Source: Acidobacteriota bacterium | Lineage (GTDB): Bacteria; Acidobacteriota; Vicinamibacteria; Vicinamibacterales; JAFNAJ01 | DNA length: 64,000 bases | Direction: 5' to 3' | Assembly: GCA_023384575.1 (NCBI GenBank) | Contig: JAHDVP010000027.1 | Span: 3,962 to 67,961, forward strand | Notes under the pieces: generated by a model | The model's database searches: none | The model's input: only the letters and a program-made list of their open reading frames with translations | What the model was told of the DNA's origin: nothing | Position numbers and translations under genes: made by a program | In this document: positions 55,767-64,000 of the stretch, in pieces | Position numbering within the stretch: position 1 is the stretch's first letter | How the letters are laid out: the number at the start of each line of letters is the position of its first letter

Positions 55767-57146
55767 TTACGACTTCTTGCGGCCGGTCTCGCGTCGTGGG
55801 GTCTCGGCTGCCGCCGCCGGCGTCACCTCGTCGGGCGGCAGGTCGTCGGGCCCCGGGGCAGGAGCGCCCGGCACCGCGATGTGCAGCGGTGGCGGCTCGC
55901 GATCGATCAGCATCGCGAACTCGGCGCGGAACTGCTGGAGGCTCATGCCGGCGGTCGCCGCGAACTTGGCCAGCTCGTGCGGGTCCTCGAAGTCGTCGCG
56001 CCGGAGCCGGATCATGTACCGCCGCGCGATTGCGTAACGCGTGGAGTTGATGTCGACGAGGCGGATCTTCGCGCGGCCCGTCTCGGGATCGAGCAACTCC
56101 TTGAAGGGGACGGGCACGAAGTGGCCGCCCTGCATCGAGATCATCACGGCGTTGCCGCCAGACAGGAGGTACTTCGCCGCGCAGTAGCCGAGGTCGCGCG
56201 TGTATTCCATGTCGAGCGGGATGGGGTCGGCGCACCGCAGTTCGTAGCCGATGTTCTTGGCGACGATCGTCGACTTGAGCCCGAACGCCTTGAGACGTTT
56301 CATCACCTCGGCCTTCAGGATCTCGCCGATGTTCACCTCGGCGATGCGCACGTTGCCGTGCGCGTCGCGCTCGATGTCCTCGAGCTGGTCGAGGTCGTCG
56401 GGGTCGAGGTCGAGGACGAGGCCCTCGGCGATCACCGCGACGCCGTCGCGGCGTCCGTAGCTGAGGCGCTTGATGATGGCCCCGACGAGCGTGTCGACGA
56501 TGGCCTTCAGCTTGACGCGCTGACCGGCGAACTCCTCGGGGATGAGCGAGAGCGTCGCGCCCGACGCCTTGCCGATGCCGAGGGCGAGGTGGCCCGCCTT
56601 CCGCCCCATCGCGATCACGAAGTACCAGCGCGACGTCGTCTTCGCGTCGACCATGAGGTTCTTGACGATCTCGACGCCGTAGTGGCGGGCCGTCTGGAAC
56701 CCGAACGTGTCCACGTAGTGAGGCAGGTCGAGGTCGTTGTCGATCGTCTTCGGCACGTGCACCACGCGGATGCGCCCGCCCGCCTTCTCCTCGAGCTTCA
56801 TCGCGGAGAAGGCCGTGTCGTCGCCCCCGATCGTGATGAGCTGCGACACGTTCAGGCGGAGGAGCGAGATGACCGTGTTCTCGAGGTGCTGGGGGTTCTT
56901 GGTCGGATTGGCCCGCGAGATGCCGATGTGCGACCCGCCGCGGAAGTGGATCCGGCTGACGTTCTCGATGAGCAGCGGGACCACGTGGTCGATGTTGCCC
57001 TCCATGATCCACTCGAACCCGTCGCGGATCCCTACGACCTCGACGCCGTCGAGCATCGCGCGGATCGAGGCGGCGCTGATCACGCTGTTGATGCCGGGGG
57101 CGGGACCGCCGCCCACCAGGATGGCCAGTTTCTTGTGCTGACTCAC
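55767..57146 (-). CDS. pfp: 6-phosphofructokinase, predicted pyrophosphate-dependent
   Basis: KLAILVGGGPAPGINS, ITIGGDDTAFSA, HVPKTIDNDL, MGRKAGHLAL and GYELRCADP. 459 aa with a GTG start. The track ORF 55767..59561 over-extends as an antisense shadow of glgP. Confidence 0.9.
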   Translation of the reverse strand: MSQHKKLAILVGGGPAPGINSVISAASIRAMLDGVEVVGIRDGFEWIMEGNIDHVVPLLIENVSRIHFRGGSHIGISRANPTKNPQHLENTVISLLRLNVSQLITIGGDDTAFSAMKLEEKAGGRIRVVHVPKTIDNDLDLPHYVDTFGFQTARHYGVEIVKNLMVDAKTTSRWYFVIAMGRKAGHLALGIGKASGATLSLIPEEFAGQRVKLKAIVDTLVGAIIKRLSYGRRDGVAVIAEGLVLDLDPDDLDQLEDIERDAHGNVRIAEVNIGEILKAEVMKRLKAFGLKSTIVAKNIGYELRCADPIPLDMEYTRDLGYCAAKYLLSGGNAVMISMQGGHFVPVPFKELLDPETGRAKIRLVDINSTRYAIARRYMIRLRRDDFEDPHELAKFAATAGMSLQQFRAEFAMLIDREPPPLHIAVPGAPAPGPDDLPPDEVTPAAAAETPRRETGRKKS

Positions 57147-57236
57147 GGGTGCTACTCTCCTACGCTGGCGACCGCCCGGACCGCTCCCGCCGCGTGCGCG
57201 GCCGGAGCGCGGCCCGGGTCGTGCGGCGCCTGCGTC

Positions 57237-57242
57237 ATTATA
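57237..57242 (-). promoter_or_regulatory. Perfect TATAAT (minus strand) in the pfp/glgP divergent region
   Basis: The minus strand reads cgaTATAATgacgc, about 90 nt upstream of the pfp GTG. No convincing -35. Confidence 0.25.
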
Positions 57243-57278
57243 TCGAGGAGAGTCCGGCCCCGCCGGCGAGGAGAGCCC

Positions 57279-59735
<2,457 letters not shown>

Positions 59736-59754
59736 TCAACCAACCCTTCTGACG

Positions 59755-59912
59755 CGACATTCGGCTCGAGGCTGCTGGCTGCCGGCCAGCACGACGACGA
59801 TCGCCGTCTTCTCCGTGATCGGTGACGTCAATGGGAGTCAACCGACGGCCAGTGGTCCGAGCGCTGATCTGCCCAGCCGGGCCGCCAGGCGCCGCCGACA
59901 GCCGGATCGTCA
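59755..59912 (+). repeat. Copy B of the block-conserved paralogous element (partner at 31067..31238 on the minus strand)
   Basis: Begins 19 nt after the glgP TAG. The 57-nt block 59782-59838 is 51/57 identical to the reverse complement of 31148-31204, with the 28-nt identical core at 59799-59826. Flanking blocks cgacattcggct, gggccgccaggcgcc and agccggatcgtc appear in the same order. Confidence 0.7.
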
Positions 59913-59988
59913 CGCTGGGCTCGTCCCTGCCCCATCGCTCCGACTCCCGTGAGATGATGGCGGCCGTCGTCATGGGAGGAACCCCGTC

Positions 59989-60126
59989 ATGCCGCGACGT
60001 CCGACCCGCCGCCCGGTTCTGTCGTTCCGCGCCGCCACCGCGGCCCTGCCTGCGTGCGTGCAGGTCGACGAGCTGCTCGCCCTCGTTGGCCGCGCGGGCG
60101 CGCCCGGCACGGCCGCGGCCCGTTAG
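59989..60126 (+). CDS. Candidate small ORF (45 aa) with a strong Shine-Dalgarno
   Basis: GGGAGGAaccccgtcATG. MPRRPTRRPVLSFRAATAALPACVQVDELLALVGRAGAPGTAAAR. High GC3. Below the ORF-track length cut-off, with no homology recognised. Confidence 0.3.
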   Translation: MPRRPTRRPVLSFRAATAALPACVQVDELLALVGRAGAPGTAAAR

Positions 60127-60138
60127 CCAGGCCGACCC

Positions 60139-60894
60139 GTGTACGCCCTCGTCTCGAAGCTCGTCGAGCCGTTCACCCTCGGCCTGATCGTCCTCGTGGC
60201 GGTGCTCGTCAGAACCCTGCGCCACCTCGGACCAGGCTGGCGGCGCGTCGTCGTGGCCACGAGCCTCGTCGTGGTATCGGCCTCGTCCTGGCCGCCCGTG
60301 GCCTGGGTGGCCATGCGCAACCTCGAGCGAGCGTCCGTCGACCGGGCCGCCGAGGCGGGTCCCGCCGACCCGATCGTCGTGCTCGGCGGCGGCATTCGCC
60401 GGCAGGCCGACGGCACGTGGGACCTCGCCGACGATTCGCTCGTCCGAACGCTGCACGGCGCGCGGCTCTATCACGCCCTCGGTCCCCGGACGGTCGTGGT
60501 GAGCGGCGGGCCACCGCCAGGCCTGCCCGACGCGGCCGTTGCGCGACCGATGCGCGAGCTGCTGCGGCGGCTCGGCGTCCCCGGCGAACGGATCCTCGTC
60601 GACGACCGATCGCGAACGACGTTCGAGAACGCCCTCGAAACGGCTCGGCTGCTCGACCAAAGCGCCTCGCGACGCATCGTCCTCGTCACCGAGGCCTATC
60701 ACCTGCCGCGCAGCGTGCGCGTGTTCGCCGCACAGGGCTTCGAGGTGCTGCCGTCGGGGTGCGGCCACGTGACCGCCGGCGCCGGGTGGCGTCTGACGGA
60801 TCTGCTGCCCGACGGACGATCGGCGCGCCGCACGTCACTCGCGGCGCACGAGTCGCTCGGCCTGCTCTACTACTGGGTCGCAGGCCGGCTGTAA
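60139..60894 (+). CDS. DUF218 / YdcF/ElyC/SanA-family membrane-anchored protein
   Basis: N-terminal TM (FTLGLIVLVAVLV), IVVLGGG, RLYHAL..VVVSGG, DDRSRTTFENA and LVTEAYHLPRS. Confidence 0.8.
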   Translation: MYALVSKLVEPFTLGLIVLVAVLVRTLRHLGPGWRRVVVATSLVVVSASSWPPVAWVAMRNLERASVDRAAEAGPADPIVVLGGGIRRQADGTWDLADDSLVRTLHGARLYHALGPRTVVVSGGPPPGLPDAAVARPMRELLRRLGVPGERILVDDRSRTTFENALETARLLDQSASRRIVLVTEAYHLPRSVRVFAAQGFEVLPSGCGHVTAGAGWRLTDLLPDGRSARRTSLAAHESLGLLYYWVAGRL

Positions 60895-60970
60895 CCTTTG
60901 GGCCGCGCTCCCCCGGCGCCCGAGCCGCTTTCCCTCAGTGCTTCGATTCGTACGCCCGACGACGTCCGGC

Positions 60971-63247
60971 TCAGCGGAGCACGTCGATCAAGCGGCTGAA
61001 CTTGATGGTGAGGCTGCGCCCGAGCTGGCGCGTCGACCGATCGTCGAGGTCCTGCACGTCGTTGTAGACGACGAAGAGCCCGGTGTTCGAGTCCGAAAGC
61101 CATCCGAACCGGAGGTTCGTCGACCAGATCTCGGCCCGGTCGTTGTACTGAAGCAGCGCCTGCAGGTAAACGCGCGGTGAGAACGAGTACGACACGCGCG
61201 TCCGCACGAGGTTCGTCACGAAGTCGCCCCAGGGCAGGTTCACGTCGTTGCGGTTCCAGTACACGCTCGCGTTGAACGTCTCGCCCGGCCGGACCACGAT
61301 GCCCGTGTTGGTGCTGAACCTCGTGCCCCCGAAGAACCCGCCAATGCGGTTGGTCGAGTCGACGTAAATCCAGTGGCCGCGGTTGGTGAAGCCCACGATC
61401 TGGGCCTCCTTGTGGTCGTACGTCCCGGCGGGGACCACGACGCCCGGGTAGATCGTGAACGGCCTCACCACGCCCTCGCGGGTGAAGTTGACGCCGGTGT
61501 GCAGCTCGTGGGCCGATCGCCACTCGTAGTGGTTGTCGACGTGCAGGTAGCCCGTCTCCTGGAACCCCTCGTGGTTCCAGAACCCGCGATACGACACGTG
61601 CGGGCGCAGCTCGAACAGGCCCAGGCGATTCTCGGGCAGGCGGATCGTCCGGAACGCGAGGAGGTCGGGCTTGCGGAAGCCGCGGCGCGAGAGGAAACCC
61701 ACCTCAGGGTTGAAGCCGTCGCCCACCTCCGTGTAGTCGGCCGAGAGCCGCCAGCGCTCCGACTCGTACTGCGAGCCCACGCTGTAGGCGTAGGCGTCGC
61801 TGCGGATCCCCGGCGTCCGCGTGCTCGCCGCGTAGCCGCGCACCTGGCCCCGCCGGCCAATCCCGAATCGGGCGTCGACGGCGACGGTCTGGTTGTTGTC
61901 GTCGTCGCGACGGCTACCCCCGGTGGCCATCCGGTTCACGAACAAACCGCCCACGCGAGACCGGTTCCCGAACTCCCGGTTGACCCGCACGGCCGTGAAG
62001 TTCTGCGCCGGCGTGAAACCCTCGTCCTCGCTCGTCTGCATGTTGAGCAGGCCGACGTTGAACCCGCTCGCCTTCCCGGTGAGGCGTCCGCCGGCCACGA
62101 TCGGGATCACGCGCCCGTCGTTGCCGATCCCGATGCGCCGGCTGAAGAACATCTCGACCTCGCCGGGGTTGCCCACCGAGAAGAGGCCGGCGTTCTCGAG
62201 GAAGAACGGACGCTTCTCCGGGAAGAACAGGTTGAAGCGATCGAGGTTCACCTGTTCTTCGTCGACTTCCACCTGCGCGAAGTCGGTGTTGACCGTGAAG
62301 TCGAGCGTCAGACTCGGCGTGACGCCGTACTTTACGTCGACGCCGAGATCGGGATCGAGGCGGGCACCGCGGTCGTCGTGCCGCTGACTCACGGCCGCCC
62401 CGAGGACGTACGGCATCAGCTTCAGGTTCCTGGGGACCGGCAGGGCGAGTCCCGTCAGCACACCCGCCTCCGAGAGCCGGTAGAGCGAGTACTGGCGGTC
62501 GAGGCGCGCCCAGAACGCCCGCTCGTTGCGACGCCGGATGTTGCGCTGGACGTTGAACCCCCAGCTCGTCTCGCCCGGGCGGTAGCGCAGCGTCTTGAAC
62601 GGGATCGCGAACTCGGCGCTCCAGCCCTGCTCGAAGATGCGCGTGCGGACCTGCCAGGCCCCGTCCCAGTTGAGATTGAACCCCCCGCCCGAGCCGGTCT
62701 GCTGCCGCGCGCCGCCGCCGCCGCCCTGGCCCTCGTTGCTCACCTGCCCGTCGTACTCCATGCCGGCGGGGTTCGTGCCGAACACGAAGCCGTTCTGCCC
62801 GTCGCGGTAGGTGTCGAGGATGATCTGCAGGCTGTCGGTCTCGTCGAGGGGCGAGTCGCGACGGGTGTCGGAGACGACGATCCCGGCGGGATTCGAATCG
62901 TAGCAGACGATGCCGAAGTAGATCGTCGACTCGGTGAAGACGACACGCACCTCGGTGCGCTCGGACGCCGGGCGCCCCTCGTCGGGGGTCGTCTGCCAGA
63001 AGCCACTGATGGGCGCGACCTCCCGCCAGACCGGGTCGTTCAGGACGTCGCCGTCGATGAGCGGCGCCTCTTCGACGCGCGTGGCCTCGGCCTGGGGCCG
63101 AACACCCGGCACGGCCACGGCGTTGCCGTTGTCGCTGCCTGCCTGAGCGCCAGCGACTGCAGGCAGGCACAGGGCCCACAGGCCCGCGACGACCCACGCA
63201 CGCGACCGATTCGCGGCGCAACTTCGACGACGAGGTGAACGGACCAT
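60971..63247 (-). CDS. DUF5916 / CBM9-like domain outer-membrane-type protein
   Basis: Signal peptide (..AWVVAGLWALCLPAVAGAQA). IDGDVLNDPVWREV..GFWQTTPDEGRPASERTEVRVVF..IYFGIVCYD..DSLQIILDTYRD..GFVFGTNPAG, then a long beta-strand-rich C-terminal region ending ..LTIKFSRLIDVLR. Start at the ATG at 63247 inside track ORF 60971..63316. Confidence 0.65.
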   Translation of the reverse strand: MVRSPRRRSCAANRSRAWVVAGLWALCLPAVAGAQAGSDNGNAVAVPGVRPQAEATRVEEAPLIDGDVLNDPVWREVAPISGFWQTTPDEGRPASERTEVRVVFTESTIYFGIVCYDSNPAGIVVSDTRRDSPLDETDSLQIILDTYRDGQNGFVFGTNPAGMEYDGQVSNEGQGGGGGARQQTGSGGGFNLNWDGAWQVRTRIFEQGWSAEFAIPFKTLRYRPGETSWGFNVQRNIRRRNERAFWARLDRQYSLYRLSEAGVLTGLALPVPRNLKLMPYVLGAAVSQRHDDRGARLDPDLGVDVKYGVTPSLTLDFTVNTDFAQVEVDEEQVNLDRFNLFFPEKRPFFLENAGLFSVGNPGEVEMFFSRRIGIGNDGRVIPIVAGGRLTGKASGFNVGLLNMQTSEDEGFTPAQNFTAVRVNREFGNRSRVGGLFVNRMATGGSRRDDDNNQTVAVDARFGIGRRGQVRGYAASTRTPGIRSDAYAYSVGSQYESERWRLSADYTEVGDGFNPEVGFLSRRGFRKPDLLAFRTIRLPENRLGLFELRPHVSYRGFWNHEGFQETGYLHVDNHYEWRSAHELHTGVNFTREGVVRPFTIYPGVVVPAGTYDHKEAQIVGFTNRGHWIYVDSTNRIGGFFGGTRFSTNTGIVVRPGETFNASVYWNRNDVNLPWGDFVTNLVRTRVSYSFSPRVYLQALLQYNDRAEIWSTNLRFGWLSDSNTGLFVVYNDVQDLDDRSTRQLGRSLTIKFSRLIDVLR

Positions 63248-63374
63248 GGCGTGGTTCGAGTCTCTGTCAGGTATCCCGGCGCGAGTCCGGCGACCGGTTG
63301 CTGACCGGTGGTTCAAAACTCATACGATACACTGGATTCGCCGTGCGGCGTGTCTGCGATTGTCATCACGGCCG

Positions 63375-64000
63375 TCAGCCGCCCAGGAGCTCTCCGAGCA
63401 GCCGCTCCACGCGCGACATCACGGTCGGCCAGCGGTATTCGGCTTCGACGTAAGCCAGGCCCTGCCGTCCGAGCTGCCGCGCGAGGTCGGGGTGCTCGAG
63501 GACCCACGACAACGCCGCGGCGAACTCGCGGGACGTCCCGTAGTGCAGGCCGCCGTTGGACCGCTGGACCTGCCCGCGCAGCACCGCGCAGTGACCGTTC
63601 ACGATGGCCGGCAGCGCGTGGTTCCAGGCTTCGAGCAGCGCCATGCAGAGGCTCTCGTACGGGGACGGCATGACGAGCGCGCGGGCGCGCTCGAACAGCG
63701 CATCGCGCACGGCGTCCGACACACGCCCGAGCACGCGGATCCGGGGATGCGAGGGCATCGGGATGTGCACCGGCCCGGCGAGCACCAGCGTGACCTCCCG
63801 CCCGACCTCGGCAACGTAGCGCGCGAAGTCGTTCACGAGCGCTTCGCACCCCTTGTTGCGATCGACGCGCCCGACGTAGACCACGAACGGATCGGTCAGG
63901 TCGAGCTCGTCGAGCACGGACGCCGGCCGGTCGATGGCCGGCTCGAGCCCCGTGCCGATGACCGCCGACGGCACGTCGAGCCCCCCGGCGCGCGCGGTCA
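63375..64000 (-). CDS. Glycosyltransferase family 1 (GT4-type), C-terminal part; the gene continues past the right edge
   Basis: FVVYVGRVDRNKG..LVLAG..VMPSPYESLCMALLEAWNHALPAIV (the E-x7-E region). Confidence 0.8.
   Translation of the reverse strand, partial: TARAGGLDVPSAVIGTGLEPAIDRPASVLDELDLTDPFVVYVGRVDRNKGCEALVNDFARYVAEVGREVTLVLAGPVHIPMPSHPRIRVLGRVSDAVRDALFERARALVMPSPYESLCMALLEAWNHALPAIVNGHCAVLRGQVQRSNGGLHYGTSREFAAALSWVLEHPDLARQLGRQGLAYVEAEYRWPTVMSRVERLLGELLGG

Noticed and set aside
53601-57278. The N-terminal 1226 aa of the 2044-aa ORF that ends as glgP, and the reciprocal 5' extension (57147..59561) of the ORF that ends as the phosphofructokinase.
   Set aside because: Each extension is the antisense shadow of real genes: the SSS transporter, CMD and PFK for one, and glgP for the other. 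Recognisable similarity starts only at GTG 57279 (glgP, with a GGAGAG SD) and at GTG 57146 (PFK N-terminus KLAILVGGGPAPGIN).

Overview
A 64-kb, roughly 70% GC, gene-dense bacterial chromosomal segment. I call about 55 CDS. Both edges cut genes: RNase R on the left and a GT1 glycosyltransferase on the right. I saw no rRNA, tRNA, CRISPR array, transposase, integrase or phage genes.

The high GC content produces many long Arg/Ala/Pro-rich shadow ORFs in the six-frame track. Real genes were picked by recognisable motifs. Start sites were re-derived by frame arithmetic, Shine-Dalgarno (SD) or promoter context, and signal peptides.

Gene content:
- Two ECF sigma/anti-sigma pairs.
- A long co-directional minus-strand string: pckA, gatB, a membrane protein, ftsE, ftsX, a small Cys protein, glycerate kinase and an AKR-RidA fusion.
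- A two-response-regulator operon (an NtrC-like regulator with a degenerate GAFTGA loop, and REC-HD-GYP) facing a SpoIID-like lipoprotein and a PAS histidine kinase.
- ispH, and an M14 peptidase.
- Two RND efflux operons: CpxP-like/TolC/MFP/HAE, and CzcCBA-like with an OmpR/HK pair.
- folK, a DksA-like gene, and tesA-ybbA-ybbP-like genes.
- A kinase-less phosphorelay cluster next to an SSS transporter.
- A predicted PPi-dependent PFK divergent from glgP, and DUF218, DUF5916 and GT-C proteins.

I could not recognise a clear novel multi-gene system such as a defence island. The most unusual items:
1. A secreted 724-aa mosaic protein (4 tandem unassigned modules, IPT/TIG, Pro13, Trp-rich domain).
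2. A ~160-170-nt block-conserved paralogous element, present once on each strand directly after a stop codon, with a 28-nt identical GATC-containing core that overlaps the folK start.
3. A small GGGGCTGAAGCCCC-type palindromic repeat family, with one copy embedded in frame inside a coding gene.
4. Degenerate signalling domains: GAFTGA to GAVPGA, HHE to AFE in the HD-GYP domain, and a CheX-like domain lacking the catalytic Asn.

Taxonomic guess (Acidobacteriota or Gemmatimonadota-like) is inference only. All family assignments come from motif recognition by eye, not from database searches.
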